This document shows positions 1 through 12,470 of a stretch of DNA of 64,000 nt, piece after piece (the stretch's first letter is position 1; the number at the start of each line of letters is the position of its first letter). The position numbers were made by a program, and so were the translations under genes. Source of the DNA: Eledone cirrhosa (Eukaryota); NCBI GenBank assembly GCA_964016885.1, contig OZ024743.1:67642001-67706000 (forward strand), written 5' to 3'. The notes under the pieces were generated by a model. It was not told where the DNA came from. It saw only the letters and a list, made by a program, of their open reading frames with translations, and did no database searches.

Positions 1-2110
1 TTCCTAGCAACATATCCATGCATTACTTTTTGCTGATAAGCATGCAGTTTTTCATCCATGGATTCACTGTGATACTGCTGAGAGACTTCCCTAGGTGTCA
101 GTTTTTGATTATCAAACAGGGAATATCTCTTGAGGAGTTCCTTCCCAACTCTCATGATCTTATCTGTTTCATGCAGATAGACTTGCTCGAGAGACGGGCT
201 GCTACGCTTTGAGGTTCGTAGATGTTGTCGGAGGGATATGATGCGACATTCAAATGCTGTCTGGACTGATTTTAGGCCTCTGCCTCCCTGCTTACGTTTC
301 AAGTAAAGGCGGTCTATGTCACTGTTGATGTGGAAGTTTCCGATGTTGTTTAGTATTTTTCGAGTTCTAACATCAATTGCTCGGATTTCGTCTATCGTCC
401 AATTGAGTATTCCAAACGTTGGTGTTAGGACAGGCACAGCAAACATATTGGGAGCCACTGTTTTGTTTTGCGCAGAGAGTTCCGATGACCATATCTTTCT
501 TAATCGGGTGTAGTATTCCCTGGTTACGCGTTCCTTATTACAGATACCATTATAGGATATGTTCTCATCTATCTCCAGGTATCTGTAGCAGTCCTCACTA
601 GATATCGGTGAAACAGTTAGGCGATTGATGACAATGTTGCTAGATTGGGTTGTCGTTTTTCCCGCGTTACAGTCATATATGAGCATTTATCTTGGCCAAG
701 CTCCATTCCTATATCCTTTGAGAATGTTGTAATCAGGTCAAGATTTTTCTTCATCCCATCCATGTTCATCGCATCGAGTTTCAGATCATCCACAAAGAAA
801 TTATGGGTTAGGTTCGTATTTCTGTCCTCCTGTGAGCCAATGATGTATCCTTCACATTTATTGAGCAGAAAGGATAAGGGTTTAATGACAGGATGAATAA
901 TATAACAGAGAGAGTGTCTCCCTGAAATATACCTCTGTGATATTTTATTTTATCAGTGAAAATAGAGTCCTCCTTCTCCGTCTTTAACTTTAGGATAGTA
1001 GCCCAAGAAGAAGACAGCTTCTCTATGGCTCTGATAATAATGTCTGGGGCTTTAGCAAGTCGGAGGGCCTCTATCATCCATGAGTGGGGAACATAATCGA
1101 AAGCTTTCCTGCAGTCCAGCCAGACTGTAGCCATATTCCTCCTAAGTTGTCGCACCTCCGACATCGCAGTTTTGTTGATTAGGCACATCCCCAAACCCCT
1201 TTCTTTCCAGCTGCTTGTTCATCTGTGATGATGTTATTATTTTCATAGTGATCTTGGAGGTATAAGTTCAGGTAGGCTGTATATATCCTATACATCAGGT
1301 TCTGGCATGCAATGGATCGGTAGTTTTTTGCCAAGCGGGTATCTTTGTTCTTGGTAGAGGTTGGTAAGATACTTCCGATAGAATATCAGTTTTTTGTACC
1401 AGTAGCCGACAATAATGTCTCTTCCTGGTGTTTTGGTATCTTGGAGTTTTCCTGTCACAGTCTCAAGGGTACCATCACTTATTTCGTATCTTTTTGTTGT
1501 AGTGTAGGAGCAATAGTTATTTTGGATTTCTTTTAGCTACACTGCACCTGGGTTGAAATTCTTCTTTTCACCCCATATTTTTCTCAAAAAGGAATGTATG
1601 TCTTTCTGGGATGGGGCCTCAGTGACACTTATTATTTTGCCCTTCATAACTCTATAGACTGATGTTTAGTTTCGTCTGAATCATTTATTAAGGACTTTGC
1701 TTTCATCTACCTTCTTCAGGTATCGGCGTTTTTTGCTAACATCTCTCAATTCTTATTTGAGGGTGTTCAGCTTATATTGAAGAGTTCTGGTTCTACTGTT
1801 ACCAAACATCGTGTCTACTTTATTTTTCACTCTTTGTTGCTGAGAGTGAAGTTTTTTTTGTGTTTGTTTGCATGTAAGGAACATTGTCACATATCCTATG
1901 GCTTTTCGTAGCTCAGCAAACTTTTTTTCTATTTTAGTTATATATGATAGTATTTTTGGTGGTGTTTTGTTTTTGTTAATATCTCTGTTACCACCAAGAT
2001 AATGCTTCACTGTCGTTGCTAAGGCATATAAACAGGCGTTGATTTGCAAAATGTTGGGGTTTTTATTCGCCGTAAATATTCCTCCCCTATTTCCTGTATA
2101 ACACGTAATA
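1..2110 (-). mobile_element. Degraded non-LTR retrotransposon, R4/Dong-like (RLE-type) RT region, running off the window start
   Basis: ORF 808..1194(-) has RT motifs WLDCRKAFDYVPHSW and RGIFQGDTLSVILFILSLNP; a frameshifted FVDDLKL follows near 780-800; upstream fragments such as 1753..2049 are broken by stops. Confidence 0.8.
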
Positions 2111-2520
2111 TTTCATGATTTTTTTTTTTTTTTTAATTAAATATTGTTGTTTTAATACGTTCAGCAAGAGAAATGTTTATACATGAATTAATTTCCCTCT
2201 GGAAGATTTCGTTGAGGAAAATGTTCAATTGTTTATAGTTTTGATTATTATCATTATCGATAGTATTTTCCACAATAGTCGAAAAAGACTCGGATGGTAC
2301 ACGTGGTGTCAACTTTCTTCGATTATTATTATTATTATAATGAATAGTATCCCACACCAAATTATGCGACTGATCGCGTTGACTGACTATGTATGAGAAA
2401 GGGCGGAAGAACTCATAAGAGTCAACGGCCATCCCCAAAGTGTGTAAATATGTATATACACATGTACATATGTATGTATATGTATATGTGTGTATATGGA
2501 TGCATGTGTGTTTATATGCG

Positions 2521-2853
2521 CGGGTTGGACACCCGATCGTGTGGTTAAACTACTGGGAGTGAAGGATCCCTAGCCTTTGTGAGGGCATTCTTCTAGAAGA
2601 AGGCAACGCAGGAAACTGGGTTAACTCCGATAAAAAACCTGCGGCTCAGTAGTTACCGATGATGTTGATGTTTTCTTCTTTTCAGGTTATAGCTACTGTC
2701 GCTCAGAGAGTGGCATTGGCTCAGTGCAAGGTCTTTCCTCAGGTTAAACAATATCTTCACGCACAGGCATTGCACGATATAATTAATTAATAATAATTAA
2801 TAATGGTATATCGTGCAATGGCCATACTCGATAACGAGGGGGCAGCCATCATC
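2521..2853 (+). mobile_element. Short non-autonomous retroelement/SINE with RTE-like 3' end and (ATGT)n tail, copy 1
   Basis: Shares blocks with the element at 2945-3252 (GAGAGTGG..TGGCT..GTGCA, GCACAGGCATTG, GGCC.TACTCGA.AACGAG..GGCAGCCA.CAT) and runs directly into (ATGT)n. Confidence 0.55.
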
Positions 2854-2908
2854 ATGTATGTATGTATGTATGTATGTATGTATGTATGTATGTATGTATG
2901 TATGTATG

Positions 2909-2942
<34 letters not shown>

Positions 2943-2944
2943 TG
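2854..2944. repeat. (ATGT)n microsatellite
   Basis: Direct reading; source of the MYVC/HTYI ORFs. Confidence 0.97.
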
Positions 2945-3252
2945 TTCTTCTTTTTGGTAAATATCATCTTGGTTAAGAGAGTGGGACTGGCTTTGTGCAG
3001 TGCCTTTGCTCACTATAAAAGCTTCACAGCACAGGCATTGCTTTATATCTGGAGATCTCTCTGCACTTGTCATCACATGGTACCATGGGCCCTGCACTAT
3101 GTGTCAATAATGGTCACAAGTGTAGTCTTTGTACCAGAGTTTTCAAGTCGCTGGCTGGACTAAAGTCACATTCGTTCAGCGCATCTGTAGGGGTTCTCCT
3201 ATATGGATATAAAGTAGTGGCCGTACTCGAAAACGAGTTGGCAGCCACCATG
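2945..3252 (+). mobile_element. Short non-autonomous retroelement with RTE-like 3' end, copy 2
   Basis: Encodes a C2H2-like remnant HKCSLCTRVFKSLAGLKSH as seen at the C-terminus of RTE ORFs; its 3' end matches copy 1 and is followed by (ATGT)n. Confidence 0.6.
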
Positions 3253-3256
3253 TAAG

Positions 3257-3315
<59 letters not shown>

Positions 3316-3360
3316 GTAAGTATATATGTATGTATGTATGTAAGTATATATGTATGTAAG

Positions 3361-3403
<43 letters not shown>

Positions 3404-3404
3404 G

Positions 3405-3451
<47 letters not shown>

Positions 3452-3452
3452 G

Positions 3453-3484
<32 letters not shown>
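3253..3484. repeat. (ATGT)n microsatellite with periodic AAGTATAT interruptions
   Basis: Direct reading. Confidence 0.97.
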
Positions 3485-5018
3485 GGTGTTACAGAACTTC
3501 GACCGCCGTGTTCAGCAGTTTAGATTCTATCTATTCTCAACCCACGGTTTTATCTACCTTCGTCATTCTGTCTACTTATGTTGCATGTTTTCTATTGCAG
3601 TTGATATGTGTCCTCTTTAACACTGAAGTCGGAGAGCTTTTATCTGGTATCTCCTCTAAGCATGATACCATTACGGATATTCATTTCCTCACTTCCTCAT
3701 TCTTGTTCTTTAGTGATACAATTAGAGAGAAAATGAGGTGATAATAGAGAGAGAGACGAAAGAATGTAAAACGGAAATCACAGGGGGCATCTAAGAGGGT
3801 AAGCTTAAGATAAAAGAGGATGTAAATTAGTTATAGAATACTATTTACTAATTTAAAAATAAATCTTTAAGTGTTGGAATATGTATGATACCTCAAATGT
3901 ATTAGTGCCATACAAGTGTTTGAGAATGGTTAAGATAATGAGTTGGAAGCAATTAATTCTGGTCGATATGGAAATGTTTATAAATTTTAAATGACATGTA
4001 GATAGGCGGCGAACCTCTTACGTAGTGTCAATTAACTGCTAAGTCTTTATCGCGTGTTGCTTAAAAACTCATCGATGCAGACATATTCCATGTGGTTTCT
4101 TTTTCTAGATGCAGTATATACCTTTGCTCATAGGTTTCAAGTTTAGATATTAGGATGTAGATTTAATTATGAATTCCTGCTAGTTGCAGAACTGTTTTGT
4201 ATGGCAGAATTTGTTTGACTTTCTGAAAGAATGAGTTTGGGAGTGTATCTAAATATGAATGCGTTTGATGTAATTCACAGATATTTTGCTGTATTGCCTG
4301 TTTAACGGTGCAATGGTAAATGTTGTGCTTAGCTAAAGAATTAGATAACAAGGTGAAAGTATAGAGTATAAAAATTTCCCAACTTCCTCCTTTAATTCAA
4401 CTTTCTGTCCTTCCTTCAGTTCAACCTCTCTCGCTCCCTTTCTTTCAACCTATCTATATAATCCCTTCTCCCTTTCCTTCTTCCCTTTCACTCATTTCTT
4501 CACACTGCATCGCTTTTCATTTCTCTTTCCACTTCTAGCTTCAACACCTTCATCTTCATCTCTCATTCTTCTTCTACAACATCATTTTCCTCCTCCTCTC
4601 CTTCCCATCACCTCTATTACTCCCTTCATCCCCTTTCCTTGCTTTTCCTTTATCCTTCTTTCCTCACCTTTAATCTGATCTCACTTTCCCCATCCCTTCT
4701 TTCCTTATCTCCGTCTTTCTCTACATCCTTTTTTCCTTCCTCACTTCTCTCTCTACCTCACTCCTTCCTTCCAACCAATCAATCTCTCAGCAACACCCAT
4801 GACAATCCACCCCCAATTTCCAAACACTTGGTTACACCTGTCGAAATGGTTTCGTAGCTACAAACATCGGAAATTTTAATTTAATTAAATAATTAAATAT
4901 CGAATTTAATTAATGGGTTCTTTAATTAAGTAGCTTCACCTAGCCAGTCCTTCCCTTCACATCAGCATCATTTTTATACATTTGTCTCCGTTCTATATTT
5001 TCTTCACATGCATACACA

Positions 5019-5023
<5 letters not shown>

Positions 5024-5101
<78 letters not shown>
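5024..5101. repeat. Compound (CA)n(TA)n microsatellite
   Basis: Direct reading. Confidence 0.97.
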
Positions 5102-5103
<2 letters not shown>

Positions 5104-6037
5104 AATCTTAAGCACCACACACAAATACACATACATATGTATACAAGCACAACCAAACACAGTGATCCACGTATAGACACATACATACTTTAAATGTGTC
5201 TGGATCCTTAAGCATACTGAGCTCTTCACAAATAACACAAACACTCACAAACACAGGAATGGAAAGACAGAAATCTGCAGAAATACACTTGAATAAGTGT
5301 GCAAACACCTGACCGCACCCTCAGACACAAGCTTATACTAAACAAAACAAAAAATATAAATATCAGGCGTACACAAGACCACGCACGCACAAACGCAATA
5401 ATATACACATTCAAGAAAAATATTTACTATTATCAACTCATGTACATCCTTTTATTATGCAGTAATGAGTTCCTAACAAAGAAATTATACACAAATCTAC
5501 GAGCTATCAACAGAATATCTAGGAATAACAGTCAAACATTCCTCAAATTCTACCCTAACCTCTTAAGAATTTAGGATGCACGAAATAGTATGTGATTGAT
5601 AGATCCATCATCGCTTGCAACGATGACTATCATTTGATCGACTGATCATCATCATCATCATCTTCAGCAACAGCAGTAGCGGCATAATCCTCCGCGTCAT
5701 CACGACTATCACCATCAACAAACTACACAAATTGTAAAAAGTAAGAGACTTGATTCGACGATGTATGTTTAAGTTGTTCGATCAACGAATAACCTGTTAG
5801 CAAAATTAATGCAATCTATTGACTAAGCATTCAACAAACACGTGTACCTTTAATGTACCCCATGTGGAAATACAGCGAGGCACGTTACCTGTGACCAGAA
5901 TGATTCCTTGAATTACGGGGGCAGTCTATCCAGCGAGCTTATACAGAGATTTCGTCTACATTATTTCACTCAAAATACTTGAGTCGACTTGAAAGCCGGC
6001 ACCACTACCACCATCACCCCCACCCCCACCACCATCA

Positions 6038-6300
6038 TTCTTCTTCTTCTTCTACTTCTTCTTCTTCTTCCACTTATTCATGAGATGTTCGTTGGGGCAG
6101 TGTCCTCAAACACTTCTTCCACCAAATCCTGTTAGAAGCAACCATCTCCAACTGATCAAGCAGAATAACCAAACGTCACCAGTCAAGCTGATAGATGTTC
6201 TCCAACCATTTTCCTCTGTGTCGACCTCTGGAACGCCTGCCAGCTCGTGTTGCCCCTCTCCCAAAGTGACGGGAAGTGAGATTGAACGTGGGAGAAGATG
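6038..6300 (-). mobile_element. RTE-like LINE 3' end fragment with (GAA)n tail
   Basis: Minus strand reads ..GRRSRGRHRGKWLENI..ASNRIWWKKCLRTLPQR, matching the RTE C-terminal GxRxRGR..W..R..W pattern, then (GAA)n; a homologous copy lies at 23455-23585(+). Confidence 0.6.
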
Positions 6301-6423
6301 ATTGCTAAGCAAAGGTCTGTACCACTCGGTTTTACTCCGAATATCCATGCAGAAAAACAATAGTCGGAACAATCTGAGCTATGGTGGTCATAATAATAAC
6401 TACAGGAGCCACTTTAACAATAA

Positions 6424-7547
6424 TGGTTTCTTATATAGGCACAAGGTAAGTAATTTGGGGGGAGGGGAAAGTCGATTAAATCGACCCCAGTGCGTGACTG
6501 GTACTTTATTTTATCGACCCCATAAGGATGAAAGGCAAAGTTAACCTCGGCGGGATTTGAACTCAGATCATAAAGGGCCGTAACTCCAGGTTTATATTGC
6601 TAAGTATGGCGTCCGACCCTCTACCGATACTGCCAATCCACCGCCCTCGGCTACTGAAATATTAATAGTTGTTTCTACTTTAGGAACAAGGCCAGCAATT
6701 TAAAAGGCAGGGAATTAAATCGAATCCAGTGTGTTACTGGTACTTTATTTATAGAGCACATATTGATGAATGGTATAGTTAACCGCGGCGGGATTTGAAT
6801 TCAGACCATAAAGACCCATAACAATAGCGCATAGACATTTTCTTCGACGTTCTAAAATTCTGCCGATCCAATGCCCTTATAAATATTTAGGCACAAAGCC
6901 AACGTTTTGTGGGGAGAGAGAAGTCAATTACATCAACCTCAGTACCTGACGGGGGCTTTCATTTATTGAGTTAGAGAAGATGAAAAGAAAATATGAAATC
7001 CGTGGGATGTGAACTCAGAACGCAAAGAGCCGAAAGAAATAATACAAAGGTATTTTCTCTGACGCTCTATGAATTCTGCTATTCAACATTCTTGCTGACA
7101 TCGGTAGTAGACAAGTAATTAGAAGGAAGGGCAAAATCGATTATATTAATCCCAGGACTTAACTGTTAATTTATATTAAGGGCAAAAAACAAGGTTGACC
7201 TTGTAGCGATGTGAACTCTGATCGTAGAAAATCGGACGTTGACACCGTATAGAATTTTTGTCTGACGCTCTACCGATGCTGCCTATCCATTGACTTGATC
7301 AACTAGAAACAATAACAACAACAACAAAAACAACAAAAACAACAAAAACAATAACAATAATAATTGTTTCTACTTTTGGCACAAGGCCAGCAATTACCCA
7401 GTACATTACTGATACTTTATTTTATCGACCCCGTAAGGATGAAAGGCAAAGTTAACCTCGGCGGGATTCGAACTCAGAATGGCAAGGGGCGTAACTCTAT
7501 GCGTCAAAGCATAGCGTCCGACCCTCTACCGATACTGTCAATCCACG
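6424..7547 (-). mobile_element. Cluster of five head-to-tail tRNA-derived SINE copies (~6424-6650, 6670-6880, 6885-7085, 7100-7295, 7365-7547)
   Basis: Each has a reverse-complement B box (GGATTTGAACTC or variant). The better-preserved copies carry the core GCCTTTCATCCTTAYGGGGTCGATAAAATAAAGTACCAG (read on -) and the tail GGCCTTGTGCC..AGAAAC followed by AAT/AAC-type repeats. Confidence 0.85.
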
Positions 7548-7753
7548 ACTCACTCGGAGAGGCTCTGGGAGTCGACGAAGTCGAATTAACCATTCTATTC
7601 CGGAGGAATTTCGAGCCAGGGACGATGGATAATTTCCAAAAATCCCTCGCTTGGCAGTGCTACCGGGGGGCACTGCCGGTTCGAGATAAACTCTACAGGC
7701 ACAGAAGCGCTGTCATACGGACCTACCCGAGATGCGCGCAGAGCGACAAAACC
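7547..7753 (+). mobile_element. Tx1-clade LINE ORF2 C-terminal fragment, opposite in orientation to the adjacent copy
   Basis: DSLGEALGVDE..MDNFQKSLAWQCYRGALPVRDKLYRH is homologous to 63270-63470. Confidence 0.9.
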
Positions 7754-10641
7754 GATTTTTGGAAATTATCCATCGTCCTCGGCTGGAAAGTCCTCAGGAA
7801 CAGACTCCCAGAGCCTCTCCGAGTGCGTCGTCGCTCTTGCCCACTACAAATCCTCTATAGAACTCGAGAGTGGTGTTCCATTGACCGCATTGCTCGCCTG
7901 GTAGAGGGCAGTGAGTGCCTGGCAACATTCCCGATGCCAGTCACCCAGTCTCGGTCTCTTCTTGACCCGGGACTACAGCTCAGTCAAAGAAACGAGCTGC
8001 GGAAAGGGGCGTCTGACAAACGGCGACCACACCGGTTCACCGTTTAGGCAGAATATCTGGAGATGCTGCAGCCTCAGCGCGTGTCTGCACATCATTTGCT
8101 ACGGCATGCCGAACCCTCCACGTAGAGGGTGCTGGCAGCAGATGGACTGCCTCACCAGCGGAACCTGACCCCTCCACAAGAATTTGAAGAGGTACGGCTC
8201 CAAGATGGCGAGGCGCGAACGGGGGAAAGGGACGACGGTCAGACGGTAGTAGATGACGGACGCAATGTACGCGTTCGCCACCTCCACCCGACCTTTCAGT
8301 GATAGCTTTCTCGCAGCACAGTTCTGGGTGAGACTGGCTACCCTGCCCGTCACCTCGTCCCAATTCTTATACACCTGGATGTCAGGCCCGAACCAAACCT
8401 CGAGCAACATTACCGGTCCCTCCGTCCAGCGCCTAACGACGCTGTTGGACGGCATGGAGTTGGCTCTCCAGGTGCCGAGTTGCAAGCCCACCAACTTTTT
8501 CGGGTTAAGTTTTGCTCCCGTCAACCTTTCATATTCCTCCAATAAGTTGCCGACCACCTCGATTTCTGAGGTGTCCGACACCATCACGGTGATGTCGTCC
8601 GCATAAGCCGACACAGCCTTTCCGCGTCACGGTTCGAGCGGGATGCCCTGCAACAGCTCCAGCTTCCGCAGTAAAGGCACAAGAGTAAATACGTACAGAA
8701 GGGAGGAGAGAGGTTACACTTGACGGACCGATCGGGAGACCTGAAACGGTTCTGAGAGGTGGTCATTAATTTTGACCACTGAGCAGATGCCGCTGTGCAT
8801 TGCAGCGGTCTAGCTTCTGAAGACAGGGCCGAAGCCAGCCGCCTTGAGGACAGCCTCCAGGTACCGATGGTCGACCCTATCGAATGCTTTCGATTGATCT
8901 AAATTGATCAGAGCTCCACCGAAGCCAGGTTTACACCCTACCATCTCTATGATGTATCGCATCAGGTGGAGGTTGTCGTGCATGGACCTGGTTGGGATTG
9001 CGCAAGTTTGTGCCTCCGCAACCAAATCCCCGACGACAAGCGCCAACCTCTTCGCTAACACCCTGGCCAAAATCTTAAACTCTGTGTTGAGCAGAGTTAT
9101 GGGGCTGAAATTGTCTAATGTGTCCCTCTTGTTCTCGTCTTTCCTTATCAGCGTCACTACGCCCCGGCTCACAGAACTGGGAATGCTCCCGTTCTACTGC
9201 CAGTTTCAGTAGAGCGCGTCGAGGAGATAGGAGAATAAGTCTGGCATATTTACGTAAAGCTCGTAGGGCAGACCATCCAAACCTGGTGACTTGCGCCTCA
9301 TGCAGCCAACAAGGGCATCCTGAATTTCGGCTGAAGTAATCGGCCTTTCGCAGCGCCCAGCGTCGGCCGTCGAGAGTTGCGGCAAGCTATCGAGGTAGAG
9401 ACTGAAGTCCGCCACCGCCTCTGACCCGCCACTTCCTCCAAAAAACCTAGCAAAATGTTGGCGAAAGGCCACACACATCCGCTTGGAATCGCTGAGCTCA
9501 TGTTCATCTTGGTCCGCCAAAGACGGAATCGTGGTTTTATTACCACGCTGCGCCTCTGCCACGCGGGCCCATCGAACAGCTTTGGTTCCCTCGTTTCTCA
9601 GAGCACGCGCCTTAGCTCTGACAATGCAACCTTCGTGTTTCGCATTGAAGAAATGGTCTAATGCCATTCTCACCGCTAGCACGTTAGTTGCAATGCCACT
9701 ACAAATAGCCTCGTCTAACTTATCTACCAACTCCTCCTCCTTTCTATTTTTCTCTAACGCTATTTCTTTGCTAAACTCTATCGACATTACCCTAATCTCT
9801 CTTTTCAGAGCCTCCCACCATTTATTGTTGACGACTCCCCTGTCAACTTTTTCTTAACGAAATTGTTGACCTGGTCCCTGTAAGCCTTACGTGCAGGGAA
9901 TGAAATGTTCAGCTTCCAGTAACCAGGTCCTAATCTACGCGTCTTATCTAGGTTGACCATACAGACGACAAACTTGTGATATGAATAGACGACCGTTTTA
10001 AAACGTGGACAACTTACACTATTTCTGTCTATTTTCCTATCCTGTCTATATACGATCTAGATGACACTATGCAGTTAGCCCAGGTCCACACTGGCACATT
10101 AAGGAAATCTAGTCGGTACCTGTCAGACAGTTGGAACTGGCTGATCAGGTTCTTGAGGCTTTTGCACCCCCGCTCCTATCGACTACTCCCATACAGTCCC
10201 AGCGTCCGTCTAAGATGCCGTTCCAGTCTCCCGCTAACAGTAAAGGGCGAGACGTACCCAGAGAGGCTTCCAGGCGTCTAAAGATGTCCGGCCGTCCTGC
10301 TCCAGTAGACGGCCACAAGTCTAAAGGCACCACCTTCGTTATTGTTCACGTCCTGGACCCCCAACTTCCCGTCCGGGTCCCGGAAGATCGACGTTACCTC
10401 GAGGATCCAGGCCTTTCCTAACCAACACTGCCACCCCACCTCTCATTCCCGGCACACTAACAGATACAAAGATCTGATAGTCGTCGAAAATGGGGGCTAG
10501 TGCGCGCGTGTTGGAAATGCTGGTCTCGCAGGCGGCAATTACATCCATTTATAGATACCTGAGGTCGTTGAGCAGGTGACCCTGCTTCCAGGACAATCCC
10601 AGGCCTCGAACATTTTAACTTCCTACTCTTAATACGGCCAT
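7754..10641 (-). pseudogene. Copy A ORF2 (APE endonuclease-reverse transcriptase), several stops and frameshifts
   Basis: ATG at 10641 (MAVLRVGS*NVRGL); pieces 10339..10548, 10145..10333, 9206..9787, 8810..9172, 8099..8614, 8037..8363. Confidence 0.93.
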
Positions 10642-10672
10642 GTTGGCAGGTTAAAAGAGAGAGAGAAAAGGT

Positions 10673-12470
10673 TTACTTACCTTCCGGGCTCTTGTGAAGG
10701 CCGGGTGGTTCGACCTCCATAGTTCGTGGGGTTTCTTTTGGGAACCCCTTTAAAAGTCTTGAAGTGGGTTTTACATTCGGAGTTCCCACGTCCCGAGGAA
10801 AGCTGTCTTGTATCTCTTTGTATAAATCGAGCGACATTCGCACCAGAAGCAAATCTTCCGGCACGCGAAATGTGCTCGATTTAAAAATGTCCCCCTCTTT
10901 TTGTATATTTTCACTTTGTGCTACGAGGGCCATCAGTTCCTTGTTGGCCCTCCTGCCGAGCACGAAGTTTTGTATGTTTTGTTGGTGGGATTTTATTTGT
11001 TTGCGTGGTTGTGGTGGTGATGGTTTTGGTGGTGTTGTTTGGTGGTGTGTTTGTTGAGAGTGCGGTGTCTGTGGTTTCAGATGTTTGTGTGTGTATTTGT
11101 TCTTGCATCTGTTTAGGTTGTTTGCGTTTGGGGGATTCTGGTGATGGTGATGCTGGTGTTGATATTGTTGTTATTGGAGAGATGTTTGCGTGGGTGGTGT
11201 CTGCATTTTTTATTGGGGTTGATTTTGTGCTTTGTTGAGTTTTTTTAATCTTTTTGTTTCCTTTTTTGTATTTTTGCGGATTTTGGTTTTCCCTCATTTT
11301 CACTACTGGTAGATGAAGGGTCTGTGTCTGTAAGTGTGTCTGTGTGTGTGTTTATGTTTTTATTGATGTGTTTAGGTTGGGGGGGGGGGGGGTAGGAGGG
11401 AATTTGACAACTTTCCTCGTTTCCCCCCCTGGGTGGTCATTGTTGGTGGTGGTCTTTCTATTGGTGTTGTTATTGGTGGTTTTTCCGGTGCTGATGTTGG
11501 TTGTGGTCCTCGCCCCGGCGTTGGCAGCAGTGGAGCCCTTCGACCCCTTGCATCTTTCACAAGTTGAGGGCAGAAGGCTCGCAAATGGTTTTTTTCCCAC
11601 AAAAAAAACAATGTGTACATTTACCCCTCGGTCATAATATGAATGACCGTCCCATTCTGAAGGCGGATGTGGTCCGGGATTGTCTTCACATTCTCCGGCC
11701 TGATCTGGAGATGTATCTCTAGGTCAACCCCGGACCAGTTCACTCTGGCCGTTCTTGTCACTTCTATCGGGACGGTATCCGTCGCCTCCACAATCACACA
11801 TCCAAGAAGCCACCACATGTCAAGTCCTGGTGGGAATCTGGGAATGCGAATACGGGCCGTTCTTTTTCCCATGTGGGAGGGGTACATTATGACCTTGCTG
11901 GTTTCGCAAGGAGTCATAACGTGTTTCATAGCGAGGGCTTCTGACTTAAACAGCACTGAAATGGTGCAGTACTGTCTGCCCATCGCTATGTACTCGATGT
12001 CATCTCTGATGCACTTCAGTGCGACTTCAACATCTGCTTGTGAAATTAAAGCTGCCCTTTTGGTTTGTGCTGAGATGCATCTATAATGCACCGTTCTGCG
12101 CTCCACTGCCTCAATAGCTTCTACCGGGACAGTTAAGGTGGCCCAGGTTTGCTGTTGCTTGATGAGCTTTCAGGCCTGAGCCAACTTTTCATCTTTGTTT
12201 GAAGCATGTTGAAGCATGGCCTCTTTTTGGCTGCTGCCGCAGCGAGAATGTTCTTCTTCTTGTCGTTGGGGGTGTTGTTGTTGTTGTCGTTGTTCTTGTT
12301 GGTGTTGTTGTTGTTATCACTGTTGCTGTTATCATTGTTGTCTTTGGTGCCGCCGTTGTTCTCGGTGCAGTTGGTATTGTTGCTGTTGGTGTTATCGCTA
12401 TTTGTTTTCATGTTAGTGGAGATGATGTTGTTGCATTTGTCATTTTTTCTGTTATCTGTATTTTCGTTGT
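10673..12470 (-). pseudogene. Copy A ORF1 (Asn-rich N-terminus, RRM-like core, CCHC knuckle, Thr/Gln-rich linker, conserved C-terminal block)
   Basis: Pieces 12133..12522, 11621..12106, a CFFCGKKNHLRAFC knuckle reconstructed across a homopolymer frameshift near 11600, 10911..11303, 10673..10963; collinear with ORF1 of copy D. Confidence 0.8.

Larger units (their letters stand above)
7754..12470 (-). mobile_element. Tx1/L1-clade LINE copy A (ORF1+ORF2, defective, truncated at both ends)
   Basis: ORF2 fragments: APE endonuclease (NVRGL, AACET, LAGDWNGILD) and RT (KSPGLDGLPYE, NLDQSKAFDRVDH, AYADDITV); ORF1 with a CCHC knuckle. Confidence 0.95.

Noticed and set aside
4838-4945. Possible minus-strand hammerhead (..GGTGAAGCTAC..GTAGCTACGAAAC..)
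   Set aside because: No CUGANGA box and no consistent stem I or III.
7364-8047. 227-aa ORF as a novel gene
   Set aside because: Chance read-through of antisense SINE, a Tx1 fragment and antisense Tx1.
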